Assembly (NCBI GenBank): GCA_963805085.1
Contig: CAWDTA010000002.1
Span: 576,001-640,000, forward strand
Length of the DNA stretch: 64,000 bases
Direction: 5' to 3'
DNA from: an uncultured Veillonellaceae bacterium
GTDB lineage: Bacteria > Bacillota > Negativicutes > JARBTT01
Every line of letters starts with the position of its first letter. Position 1 is the stretch's first letter. A program made the position numbers and the translations under genes. This document shows, piece after piece, positions 10,870 through 20,357 of this stretch. Under the pieces are notes generated by a model. The model did not search any database, was not told where the DNA came from, and saw nothing but the letters and a program-made list of their open reading frames with translations.

Positions 10870-11934
10870 TTGCTTAATTATTTTAATATGCATTGGGTTG
10901 CAGCACTTGAGCTTTTATGGGTACCTTTTTGTATTCAACTCGTTGCTTTCGTTATTGGACTATTACTCAATCGACTCATCAACAAAAGTCTACACAGCAA
11001 GCTTGATAACAATCCTGAAACCTTCTCGTATTTATTTACCAACGCCGTTAGAGGGTTACCAATCGCTTGGTGCTCTGGTATTGGTTTGTACTTAACGATC
11101 ACTACGATTAATATGCCATCACGTTTACAGGATTTTCTATCGAACATCTTACTCAGTGTTATCTTGTTTACGATTACACGCGTAATTGCTCGTACCTTGG
11201 TGGGCATGATTGACATGCATACGCAAAAAAGCGATAGTAATCTACCAAAGACTTCGCTACTTACCAATATCGTCAACATTGCAATTTATGCGATTGGTAT
11301 TCTCATCATCTTGCAATCTTATGGCATCTCCATCACTCCGATTATTACAGCACTCGGGGTCGGTGGTATGGCTGTGGCTCTTGGTTTGCAAGAAACACTT
11401 ACCAATATATTTTCTGGCTTACATTTGATCTTATCTAAGCAAATTCGTTTGGGCGATTTTATCAAACTAAGTTCTGGCGAGGAAGGCTGTGTCACTGACA
11501 TTACTTGGCGGTTTACGACGATACAATCAACCTCTAAAAATGTGATCGTTGTCCCAAATCAAAAGATTGCTTCGTCTATTTTAACCAATTATAATATGCC
11601 GAAACAGGAAATCTCAATTTCTATTCCTGTTGGCGTGAGCTATGATAGCGATTTAGACCAAGTAGAACTTGTGACACTAGAGGTGGCCAATGAAGTCATG
11701 CAAAAATTCGATGGCGGATTAGAATCTAAGCCATCTGTTAGTTTTCATACCTTTGCCGAATCTAGTATCAAATTTAATGTAACACTCCATTCTAGTCAAT
11801 TCTTAAACCAATATCCACTAAAACATGAATTTATCAAAGCCTTAACCAGACGCTATCGTGAAGAAGGCATTGAAATTCCTTATCCAATTTATAACATAGT
11901 CACAAAATACCGAGAAAACAGTTCTAATTCATAG
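10870..11934 (+). CDS. mscS: Small-conductance mechanosensitive channel
   Basis: Several TM helices; ALGVGGMAVALGLQETLTNIFSG, GDFI and VPNQ motifs. Confidence 0.88.
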   Translation: MLNYFNMHWVAALELLWVPFCIQLVAFVIGLLLNRLINKSLHSKLDNNPETFSYLFTNAVRGLPIAWCSGIGLYLTITTINMPSRLQDFLSNILLSVILFTITRVIARTLVGMIDMHTQKSDSNLPKTSLLTNIVNIAIYAIGILIILQSYGISITPIITALGVGGMAVALGLQETLTNIFSGLHLILSKQIRLGDFIKLSSGEEGCVTDITWRFTTIQSTSKNVIVVPNQKIASSILTNYNMPKQEISISIPVGVSYDSDLDQVELVTLEVANEVMQKFDGGLESKPSVSFHTFAESSIKFNVTLHSSQFLNQYPLKHEFIKALTRRYREEGIEIPYPIYNIVTKYRENSSNS

Positions 11935-11937
11935 GAT

Positions 11938-11972
11938 AAAAGAACTACTGTAATTCTTTCAGTAGTTCTTTT
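11938..11972 (+). terminator. Intrinsic terminator after mscS
   Basis: AAAAGAACTACTG / CAGTAGTTCTTTT inverted repeat. Confidence 0.7.
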
Positions 11973-12090
11973 ACTGCCCATACAAGTAACTTATAAATAA
12001 AATTGAAAATACTATGAAAAATAAATATTTTATTTAATAAAAAGCAGTTACTTTCCCACTTTTTCACGGTTTGTGCAATTCCACAATAAA

Positions 12091-12140
12091 ATACTATATC
12101 TTGTGTCCTATTGACTATTGCGAAGCATATATAGTACAAT
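12091..12140 (+). promoter_or_regulatory. Tandem NrdR boxes overlapping the nrdD promoter
   Basis: ATACTATATCTTGTGT (12091) and GAAGCATATATAGTAC (12122) start 31 bp apart and resemble acaCwAtATaTwGtgt. Promoter TTGACT(12111)-N18-TACAAT(12135). Confidence 0.7.
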
Positions 12141-12207
12141 TTTTGAGAAGTTCTTTTTGGGAACGAGGAAAATGACAGAAAAAAAATATAGAAAAGAAGA
12201 TGTGAAT

Positions 12208-14547
12208 ATGATTGAAAATATAAAAAAACGTAATGGTGATATTGTTGCTTTCGATGTCGATAAAATCAAAGAGGCGATTCATAAAGCTAATCTAGAATCA
12301 ACGGATGATACGATGACCCCAAAAGAGTTAACAATCCTAGCTAATAAAGTCGTGAAAACTTTTGACCAATCAGCTACTCCTACTGTAGAACAAATTCAAG
12401 ATATTGTTGAAAAGACTTTGATTGTATCGAATTGTGCCAGCACAGCAAAAGCCTACATACTATATCGCGCTGAGCATGCAAAAATTCGTCAATCGGAAGT
12501 TGATTTAATGGATATTTACAATGAATTAACCTTCCAGAATGCCAAGGATGCTGATATCAAACGTGAAAATGCCAACATTGATGCCGATACCGCGATGGGC
12601 ACGATGCTAAAATACGGTTCTGAAGGTTCAAAATATTTTATTGACCATTATATTTTGCCAAAAGATATTGCCGCAGCCCATATCAATGGGGATATTCATA
12701 TCCATGATAAAGACTTCTATATGTTAACAGAGACTTGTTGCCAAATCGATTTATTGAAATTATTCAAAGGCGGTTTCTCCACTGGTCATGGTTACTTACG
12801 TGAACCAAACAGTATCCAAAGTTATTCCGCTTTAGCTTGTATCGCTATTCAAGCGAATCAAAATGAAATGCATGGTGGGCAGGCCGTTCCTAACTTTGAT
12901 TACTCACTAGCACCCGGTATTGCCAAAACATTCAAAAGAGAATATTTCAAAGCTCTAGTAAACTACTTTGTAATTCGTTTTGATATGCCAAAAGCTGATG
13001 CGATTGCTTTAGCAAAAACGATTGCTACTGATCTTCCTATGACAATTTCCATGAGCAATGTCCAGAAATATGGCAATGCGTTGACAGATTACTTACCTAA
13101 GCATCAACAAGAAAATGGCTTCCAAGCAATCAGCGCCGAGCAAACGAAAATGGCACATGCCTATACCGTTGAAACTGCGACTAGCGAAACAGATCGCTCT
13201 ACCTATCAAGCAATGGAAGCATTTATCCATAATTTAAATACCATGAATTCCCGTGCCGGAGCGCAAGTACCGTTTAGCTCGATCAACTACGGTACTGATA
13301 CTTCCCCAGAAGCGAGAATGTTAATCAAAAATCTTTTACTTGCAACCGAAGCCGGACTTGGCGGTGGCGAAACACCGATTTTCCCCGTACAAATTTTTAA
13401 AGTAAAAGAAGGTATAAACTATAATGAAGGTGAGCCAAACTATGATTTATTTAAATTGGCAATGCACACTTCAGCAAAACGTCTATTTCCTAACTTTAGT
13501 TTTATTGATGCGCCATTCAATATTCAATATTACAAGGAAGGTGACTACGACACTGAGGTCGCCTACATGGGTTGTCGTACCCGCGTAATGGGGAATGTTC
13601 ATGACTCTGAGCATGAAACAACTTGCGGTAGAGGTAATTTGAGTTTCACAACGATCAACTTACCTCGTTTAGCGATTGAAGCCAAAGGTGATATTAGCAA
13701 GTTCTACGAAGGTCTTGATCAGTTTATTGAACTCGTTATTCGCCAGCTCTTGCATCGTTTCAAAATCCAATGCACGAAAAAAGGACGCAATTATCCTTTC
13801 TTAATGGGGCAAAATATTTGGATTAACTCGGATCACATCGGTCCCGATGATAGCATCGCTGAAATTTTAAAACATGGTAGTTTAAGTATGGGCTTCATCG
13901 GTCTTGCCGAAACATTAAAAGCTTTGACTGGCAAACATCATGGCGAAAGTGAAGAAAGTCAAAAACTAGGTCTTGAAATTATCGGTTACATGCGTAAGCG
14001 CATGGATGACGAAGCGGAAAAAACCGGTTTAAATTTCTCCTTATTGGCAACACCTGCGGAAGGGTTAAGTGGTAGATTCGTAAAAATCGACCAAAAGCTC
14101 TACGGTACTATTCCTGGTGTAACAGACCGCGATTACTATACAAATTCCTTCCATGTCCCAGTATACTTTCCAATCAAAGCACATAAGAAGATAGCAATCG
14201 AAGCACCCTATCATAATTTTACAAATGCTGGTCATATCAGCTATGTTGAACTTGATGGTGATACTTGCAAAAACTTAGACGCCTTTGAATCCATCATTCG
14301 TTGTATGAAAGAACAAGGTATCGGGTATGGATCTGTTAACCACCCTGTTGATCGTGATCCAATTTGCGGCTTTAATGGTATAATCGATAACGAATGTCCA
14401 AAATGCCATCGCAGCGAAGAGATTGACGAGCCAAAATTTGAACGTATTCGTAGAATCACTGGTTATCTTGTTGGAACAACAGATCGTTGGAACAACGCCA
14501 AACGTGCAGAAGAAAAGGATAGAGTAAAACATGGCTTACAAGCTTAA
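12208..14547 (+). CDS. nrdD: Anaerobic (class III) ribonucleoside-triphosphate reductase
   Basis: ATP cone (IKKRNG...), YMGCRT, TPAEGLS, C-terminal Zn site and RRITGYL glycyl-radical motif. Start moved to ATG 12208 because the longer ORF overlaps the promoter. Confidence 0.95.
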   Translation: MIENIKKRNGDIVAFDVDKIKEAIHKANLESTDDTMTPKELTILANKVVKTFDQSATPTVEQIQDIVEKTLIVSNCASTAKAYILYRAEHAKIRQSEVDLMDIYNELTFQNAKDADIKRENANIDADTAMGTMLKYGSEGSKYFIDHYILPKDIAAAHINGDIHIHDKDFYMLTETCCQIDLLKLFKGGFSTGHGYLREPNSIQSYSALACIAIQANQNEMHGGQAVPNFDYSLAPGIAKTFKREYFKALVNYFVIRFDMPKADAIALAKTIATDLPMTISMSNVQKYGNALTDYLPKHQQENGFQAISAEQTKMAHAYTVETATSETDRSTYQAMEAFIHNLNTMNSRAGAQVPFSSINYGTDTSPEARMLIKNLLLATEAGLGGGETPIFPVQIFKVKEGINYNEGEPNYDLFKLAMHTSAKRLFPNFSFIDAPFNIQYYKEGDYDTEVAYMGCRTRVMGNVHDSEHETTCGRGNLSFTTINLPRLAIEAKGDISKFYEGLDQFIELVIRQLLHRFKIQCTKKGRNYPFLMGQNIWINSDHIGPDDSIAEILKHGSLSMGFIGLAETLKALTGKHHGESEESQKLGLEIIGYMRKRMDDEAEKTGLNFSLLATPAEGLSGRFVKIDQKLYGTIPGVTDRDYYTNSFHVPVYFPIKAHKKIAIEAPYHNFTNAGHISYVELDGDTCKNLDAFESIIRCMKEQGIGYGSVNHPVDRDPICGFNGIIDNECPKCHRSEEIDEPKFERIRRITGYLVGTTDRWNNAKRAEEKDRVKHGLQA

Positions 14548-15037
14548 AATATCTGGCACCGTCGATGAATCAATCGTCGACGGTCAAGGTATCCGTTATA
14601 CAATTTTCACCCAAGGGTGCCCACATAGGTGCGAAGGTTGTCACAATCCCCACACCCATGATTTTCAGGCGGGAAAAGAAGTCGATATTCATGACCTTTT
14701 TACAGAGATTTGTGAAAATCCACTGTTAAAAGGCGTTACCTTTAGTGGTGGTGAACCTTTTTGCCAGCCAGAACCATTAATTGCATTGGCAAAACTAATC
14801 CACGCCCATAAACTAGATATCACAACCTATACTGGCTATACGTTAGAAGAATTACAGGCTACCGCCAATCCTCTCATTGACGAATTACTAGAGCAAACCG
14901 ATGTTCTCATCGATGGAAAATTCGTCAATGCAGAGCGCGATCTTACGTTAACCTTTCGTGGCAGCAGCAACCAACGCGTGATTGATATGAATGCCACGCG
15001 TAAAACAGGTATAATCACTCCGCTTGAACTAGCATAA
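14531..15037 (+). CDS. nrdG: Anaerobic RNR activating radical SAM enzyme
   Basis: GCPHRCEGCHNP, SGGEP and FRGSSNQR motifs; overlaps the end of nrdD. Confidence 0.95.
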   Translation: MAYKLKISGTVDESIVDGQGIRYTIFTQGCPHRCEGCHNPHTHDFQAGKEVDIHDLFTEICENPLLKGVTFSGGEPFCQPEPLIALAKLIHAHKLDITTYTGYTLEELQATANPLIDELLEQTDVLIDGKFVNAERDLTLTFRGSSNQRVIDMNATRKTGIITPLELA

Positions 15038-15059
15038 TACATTTACATTTGCATACTTC

Positions 15060-15102
15060 ACAATAAAAACAGCGAACCTCAAAGGTTCGCTGTTTTTATT
15101 GT
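15060..15102. terminator. Intrinsic terminator after nrdG
   Basis: ACAATAAAAACAGCGAACCT / AGGTTCGCTGTTTTTATTGT perfect inverted repeat. Confidence 0.8.
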
Positions 15103-15151
15103 AGACAATTTATGTCGTTGAACAGAAAATAAAAAAATCCGTTCCACTTGT

Positions 15152-15272
15152 AAACTAGTACGAAGATAGGTTGCTGGTTGGTGAGAAGTGCTCAGCTGCA
15201 AGGCGCAGTACCTTACTGTAACGCCGCAGATGAGTGCTTATCGCCGCCCCGCGGCCTATCTGTCCATAGTTT
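15152..15272 (+). repeat. GC-rich long hairpin element (REP-like or structured RNA) related to the rRNA-spacer element at 36496-36618
   Basis: Pairs end to end with many G-U pairs on the + strand; core AGCTGCAAGGCG...AACGCCGCAGATGA. Confidence 0.55.
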
Positions 15273-15282
15273 GTATAAACGC

Positions 15283-15708
15283 TTATTTCACTACCATGAC
15301 TGGGCATTTTGCTTGCTCAACCAAGTGTTGGCTTACACTGCCAAGTAATACACCTTTTACAACGCCAAGGCCACGACTGCCCATAACAATCAAATCACTG
15401 TTCTCATTCGCCGCAACATCTAAGATAACAACAGCTGGTGATCCAGTTTCTGAAAAACCTTCGGCTTTAATATTTGCTGGAACTTTCTCCAGTGCTCGAT
15501 CTAATATTACATTACCAGCTTTCGTTACCGCTTCTAAAATGGCATCAGAGAGGCAAGCATTAATCGCTAATTGATTGATATTTGCTACGTAAATAAAACC
15601 AATTTTCGCATCACAAATTCCCGCTAAATAAATCGCTTGATCAATAGCTCTATCAGAACTATCCGAACCATCTACTGGTACCAAAATACGTTTAAATTCT
15701 GTCATCAT
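15283..15708 (-). CDS. Universal stress protein (UspA family)
   Basis: ILVPVDGS; DLIVMGSRGLG...LLGSVS...CPVMVV. Confidence 0.93.
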   Translation of the reverse strand: MMTEFKRILVPVDGSDSSDRAIDQAIYLAGICDAKIGFIYVANINQLAINACLSDAILEAVTKAGNVILDRALEKVPANIKAEGFSETGSPAVVILDVAANENSDLIVMGSRGLGVVKGVLLGSVSQHLVEQAKCPVMVVK

Positions 15709-15901
15709 AAAAGCCCCCTATTTGTCTATATATTGAAATTAACAAAATACCTTCATCTACCATACCAGGCATTTTGTATCTTCCTTGAAAATTGATCAAT
15801 ACGAGTTATCTCTATCATAGCACTTTTCTGTCATTCCTGCCAAACTACATTTTTCAGTTCATCTATAACTGCGCAACAAGCGATAAACATAACGGTTGGT
15901 A

Positions 15902-16339
15902 TCATTTTAACAATAATACTGGGCATTTCGCATTTTCCAGTAAATATCGGCTCACACTTCCTAATAAAAAACCTTCCAGCATACTGAGTCCTCTTGCAGC
16001 AATGACGATTACATCACTTTGCCGTTCCTCGGAAAACTTTAAGATCTCTTCTGCAGCAATACCAAACTTCGTGCATGTTTGATATCTGATCGTAGACGGT
16101 ATCTCCCGAGTAGAATTATCTAGAATCGCTTTACTAATCTTCTTGACTGAGCCTACTACAGACTCAGGTAGCCATAAAATTTCCGCTACCTTACTATCCG
16201 TTTCATCGGAGAGATGGGATACATAAATAAAATCAATTTCAGCATTGCAAACAGCAGCTAAATCAACGGCTTTCATTACTGCTTTTTCAGAGCTTTCTGA
16301 ACCATCCACTGGAACGAGAATTCGCTTTATCTCAATCAT
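15902..16339 (-). CDS. Universal stress protein (UspA family), tandem paralogue
   Basis: ILVPVDGS; ARGLS...LLGSVS...CPVLLL. Confidence 0.92.
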   Translation of the reverse strand: MIEIKRILVPVDGSESSEKAVMKAVDLAAVCNAEIDFIYVSHLSDETDSKVAEILWLPESVVGSVKKISKAILDNSTREIPSTIRYQTCTKFGIAAEEILKFSEERQSDVIVIAARGLSMLEGFLLGSVSRYLLENAKCPVLLLK

Positions 16340-16472
16340 TCAAATCCCCCATTTCTTTCTAACACAGTATTAAACAACTTTTTCTATTATTGTATTTACT
16401 TCGCTATTATCCTAAATATCCCTCTAGAATACTTGGAAATATATAGATTAGAGCCACCCTATTTATTTCATC

Positions 16473-16660
16473 TTGACAGTACTATTGATTTGGTGCTAAA
16501 ATTTATTAAACATTTCCACGTAATAATCGACTTTTTTTCTTATATAATTGTAAACAGCATCTTTTCTAAAATTACTTTGTGATTTTTAAGGTCTTATTTG
16601 ATCAACTGAGTGATAGTCAATCTTGCTCGTTCTTGATTATATTCAAGAACGAGTTTCTTT
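16473..16660 (+). promoter_or_regulatory. Promoter and long leader with an internal terminator upstream of threonine ammonia-lyase
   Basis: TTGACA(16473)-N18-TAAAAT(16497) with extended TG. Hairpin CTCGTTCTTGA / TCAAGAACGAG (16626-16653) followed by TTTCTTT. Confidence 0.55.
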
Positions 16661-16714
16661 GCATTTCTATGATGTTAGATTATTGCGGTTTAGTAAATTA
16701 GGAGGGTATTTTTC

Positions 16715-17959
16715 ATGTCAAATAAAGCGAAACCAGACTTGGCTGCTCTTGTTGAAAGCACATCGATTGCCGATGTTTATCGTGCAGCAAAACAATTAGC
16801 CGGGGTTGTAAAAAAAACCGAGCTGATTTACAGTCCACACTTTAGTGCCACTTCTGGCAATGAAGTCTATATCAAACCAGAAAATTTACAAAACACTGGA
16901 TCATTTAAGCTACGTGGTGCTTACAATAAAATCAGCCAACTATCAGATGAAGAAAAATCAAAAGGTGTAATCACCGCTTCCGCTGGTAATCACGCCCAAG
17001 GGGTTGCTTACGCTGCCCAAAAACTCAATGTGAAAGCAGTCATTGCTATGCCAGCTACCACACCAATTATTAAAGTAGAAGCGACAAAGAGCTATGGTGC
17101 TGAAGTTGTGTTATTCGGCGATAGTTATGATGATGCGTATGGTCGCGCAGTAGAACTACAAAAAGAACATGGGTACGTCTTCATTCATCCTTTTGATGAT
17201 CTCGAAGTATTACTTGGGCAAGGCACTACCGCCCTTGAAATTTACGACGAATTAAAAGATGTCGACGCAATATTAGTACCAATTGGCGGTGGCGGTTTTG
17301 CTAGTGGCGTTGCCCTTGCCAGTAAATTTGTCAATCCCAATGTAAAAGTCATCGGTATCGAACCAGAGGGTGCTGCCTGTATCAAACGCTCTTTAGAAAA
17401 AGGTAAAGTTAGCTCACTATCAAAAGTAGATACTGTTGCTGAAGGTACTGCCGTAAAAACACCAGGTAGTTTAACGTTTGAATTTATAAAAAAATATGTA
17501 GATGAAGTCATCACAGTTTCTGAATTCGAAATCATGTCCGCTTTATTATCTTTAATAGAAAAACATAAACTAATTGCTGAAGGTGCTGGTGTGCTTTCTC
17601 TAGCCGCCCTTAATAAACTAAACTTCAAAGGCAAAAAGGTCGTATCAATTGTCAGTGGTGGTAACATTGATATCTCGACGATTTCCGCACTTATCAATAA
17701 AGCCTTAATCGCTCGCGGTCGCGTATTCTGTTTCACCGTAAATCTACCAGATAGACCAGGGCAACTCTTAAAAGTGGCCGAGATCCTCGCTGAAGAAAAT
17801 GCCAACGTAATTAAACTTGACCACAACCAAGCAAAAGTTACCGATAGCTTTAAGCAAGTGCAACTCGAAGTGACTGTAGAAACCCATGGTCAAGAACATG
17901 TCGATCGTGTCGTTGCAGCATTAGAGAAAAATGGTTTTGGTATTCAAAAGATATATTAA
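16715..17959 (+). CDS. ilvA: Threonine ammonia-lyase with a single C-terminal ACT domain
   Basis: ENLQNTGSFKLRGA PLP-lysine motif; SAGNHAQG, GGGG and SGGNID motifs; ACT domain (LPDRPGQL). Confidence 0.9.
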   Translation: MSNKAKPDLAALVESTSIADVYRAAKQLAGVVKKTELIYSPHFSATSGNEVYIKPENLQNTGSFKLRGAYNKISQLSDEEKSKGVITASAGNHAQGVAYAAQKLNVKAVIAMPATTPIIKVEATKSYGAEVVLFGDSYDDAYGRAVELQKEHGYVFIHPFDDLEVLLGQGTTALEIYDELKDVDAILVPIGGGGFASGVALASKFVNPNVKVIGIEPEGAACIKRSLEKGKVSSLSKVDTVAEGTAVKTPGSLTFEFIKKYVDEVITVSEFEIMSALLSLIEKHKLIAEGAGVLSLAALNKLNFKGKKVVSIVSGGNIDISTISALINKALIARGRVFCFTVNLPDRPGQLLKVAEILAEENANVIKLDHNQAKVTDSFKQVQLEVTVETHGQEHVDRVVAALEKNGFGIQKIY

Positions 17960-17983
17960 GTACTAGGTCAACGTCTCTCAATA

Positions 17984-18040
17984 ATAAAAACACTCCAATC
18001 AATATGGCTAATAAACCATAACGATTGGAGTGTTTTTTAT
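17984..18040. terminator. Bidirectional terminator
   Basis: AAAAACACTCCAATC ... GATTGGAGTGTTTTT inverted repeat between convergent genes. Confidence 0.7.
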
Positions 18041-18531
18041 TATCCTTTTGCTTTATCAAGTGCCTTATTGGCCGCATCCATAAATTGATTATAAGATACG
18101 GTCGCTCCAGATATCGCATCTACTTTTTCAGCTTTCTGTACTTCAACTAATTGTTCGGCATAAACTGCATTTGCCTTAACAGCATTTTGGGCTTTTTTGT
18201 AAAACACTGGATTTTCTATCTTTCCATTCGTCTTTCCATACTCAACATCTTTTATTTTGCCCCCATGCTCATACCCGACGAAAGATGCATTCACAATTTT
18301 ATCTTGTTTCAAGGTAATAGAAATCTTACCAATGCCGCCAAAATCATCTGTCTTACTATCAGCCGTATAAGTTCCATCAACATAATGCTCTGATTTTTTT
18401 GTTTCAACTGCAGCCGTCTCATTTTTTTTATCAGCTACCGCCTCGGAAGCAGCCTGATTTGACGAAGCACAACCTGCTAAAAGCTGTGTGGATACAGCAC
18501 CGACCAATAGCAATGTACTATATTTTTTCAT
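18040..18531 (-). CDS. FMN-binding (flavinylated) lipoprotein
   Basis: Lipobox LLAGC; flavinylation motif DAISGAT; start at ATG 18531 after GAGGAGG. Confidence 0.85.
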   Translation of the reverse strand: MKKYSTLLLVGAVSTQLLAGCASSNQAASEAVADKKNETAAVETKKSEHYVDGTYTADSKTDDFGGIGKISITLKQDKIVNASFVGYEHGGKIKDVEYGKTNGKIENPVFYKKAQNAVKANAVYAEQLVEVQKAEKVDAISGATVSYNQFMDAANKALDKAKG

Positions 18532-18542
18532 TGCTTTCCTCC

Positions 18543-19205
18543 TCACCGATTATATTTAGATTCCGCAATTCTGCCATGATCAATAATAATGCATTTCTCC
18601 GCTTGTTTCCCCACTTCCATATCATGCGTAACGGTCAAAATCGTATGGCCTTCCGCATGAAGTTCATGGAAAATCTTCATGACAATTTCTTCATTTGCCT
18701 CATCTAAATTCCCCGTAGGTTCATCAGCCAAAATTAACATCGGATAGTTGATCAGTGCTCGCGCGATGCAAACACGCTGTTGCTCGCCTCCCGATAACTG
18801 ACTTGGCAAATGGGACGCACGATCTTTGAGTCCAACCCGATCGAGAGCCGCCAAAGCTTCGGTTTCATCAGGCATACTATGATAATATTGTGCAATCATA
18901 ACATTTTCCACGGCTGTCAAATAAGGAATCAAATGAAATTGTTGAAATACAAGCCCAATCTTATCGCGCCTAAACGAAGTAAGTTCATTCTTACTTACAT
19001 TAGAAAGATCCCGATCATCAAGAATAATCGATCCTGAAGTTGCTTTATCCATACAACCAATAATATTCATTAACGTTGTTTTTCCTGATCCAGAAGGTCC
19101 CATGAGCGCCAACCATTCGCCTTTTTCTACGACAAGATTGATATCTTGCAGCGCTTTTACTTTGCCATAGGTCATGCATACATCTTTTAATTCTAATAAA
19201 CTCAT
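18543..19205 (-). CDS. ABC transporter ATP-binding protein (LolD/MacB type)
   Basis: GPSGSGKT, LSGGEQQR and ILADEPTGNLD motifs. Confidence 0.95.
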   Translation of the reverse strand: MSLLELKDVCMTYGKVKALQDINLVVEKGEWLALMGPSGSGKTTLMNIIGCMDKATSGSIILDDRDLSNVSKNELTSFRRDKIGLVFQQFHLIPYLTAVENVMIAQYYHSMPDETEALAALDRVGLKDRASHLPSQLSGGEQQRVCIARALINYPMLILADEPTGNLDEANEEIVMKIFHELHAEGHTILTVTHDMEVGKQAEKCIIIDHGRIAESKYNR

Positions 19206-19220
19206 CGTTTATAACCTCCT

Positions 19221-20354
19221 TTATTCACCACGCAAAACGATAGCTGGCTCTACATTGATCGCAATCCGTACAGGAATCAAACTTGCCAGCCCTGTTACCA
19301 AAATAGATACGAACAGCGAAAACACTGCAATCATTGGCGAAAATGCGATCGCACGACCAAATACATTGATACTAACAGACTGTGCAAAGAAGAAGCCTAA
19401 AGCAATACCTAAAACTCCACCTAACGCACCTAAAACGCAACCTTCACCTAAAAAATCCAGTACAATGGCTTTGTTATCGGCGCCAAGCGCTTTCTTGAGC
19501 CCGATTTCCTTCCTACGTTCAGTTACAACGGCCATCATTGTCGTTGCTACACAAATTAAGGTAAGTAAAAGGACTACAATTGTAACCAAAAAAACTAAGG
19601 CTTGCAATTTTTTCAAAACAGTTTGTTCTGAATGTGCAACCTGTTGTAAAAGCCTTGGCGCTAGCATTGGATTCTTTTCAGAAATTTTATCCGCTAGCGT
19701 TTGAAGCTCCGTCTGATTGGCCACGATACTGACTTGCGCCAAACTAATTTGTTCGTTTTTTTGTAAAAGCTTTTGTAACAAGGATAAATCCATAAATGCA
19801 AATTGCTCTTCTTTACCACCTGTGCGAACAATTCCAGCGACAACCACTTTTGTTTCTGTTTGCTCCGCCCCAGTTGTTAAAATCAAGCTTTGCCCTGGCA
19901 CAATTTTCATACGTTCGGCAAGTTCCGCTCCCAGCAAGATCTCTTTTCTCCCTGTAGCTGGCCACTTACCCGTAATCTGCCAATATGGACTTACTTTCTG
20001 TACCTGATCGAAATCCGTTCCAGCTGTTAAAATAGGCTGTTCATTGATCTTAATTTTTTCATATAAAAATGGTGCAACCCCCACCAATTTATCTGTCGGC
20101 AGCAAGCCCATGACGTTTTGTAAATCCGACTGCGCTAGCCATCGCTGATCGCCACTCGGTACTAAAAGCATATTTGCTCCATAGGAACGAAATTCTCGTC
20201 CCATCTGCTGTGGAGCATCATAGTAGACCGTAACCATTCCCGAAATAATCGTCGCACCAATTGCCACCGCGAGCAAAGCAATAAGCATTCGTGAACGCCG
20301 CCTTAAAAGCGCGTGGAAAACCATTGTGAAATACATTTTATATTTTTTCATCAC
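19221..20354 (-). CDS. MacB/FtsX-type ABC permease
   Basis: ERRKEIGLKKALGA motif; 1+3 TM topology. Confidence 0.9.
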   Translation of the reverse strand: MMKKYKMYFTMVFHALLRRRSRMLIALLAVAIGATIISGMVTVYYDAPQQMGREFRSYGANMLLVPSGDQRWLAQSDLQNVMGLLPTDKLVGVAPFLYEKIKINEQPILTAGTDFDQVQKVSPYWQITGKWPATGRKEILLGAELAERMKIVPGQSLILTTGAEQTETKVVVAGIVRTGGKEEQFAFMDLSLLQKLLQKNEQISLAQVSIVANQTELQTLADKISEKNPMLAPRLLQQVAHSEQTVLKKLQALVFLVTIVVLLLTLICVATTMMAVVTERRKEIGLKKALGADNKAIVLDFLGEGCVLGALGGVLGIALGFFFAQSVSINVFGRAIAFSPMIAVFSLFVSILVTGLASLIPVRIAINVEPAIVLRGE

Positions 20355-20357
20355 ATA

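Noticed and set aside
12118-12207. N-terminal extension of NrdD in the ORF track
   Set aside because: It overlaps the promoter and NrdR boxes; the ATP cone begins at ATG 12208.
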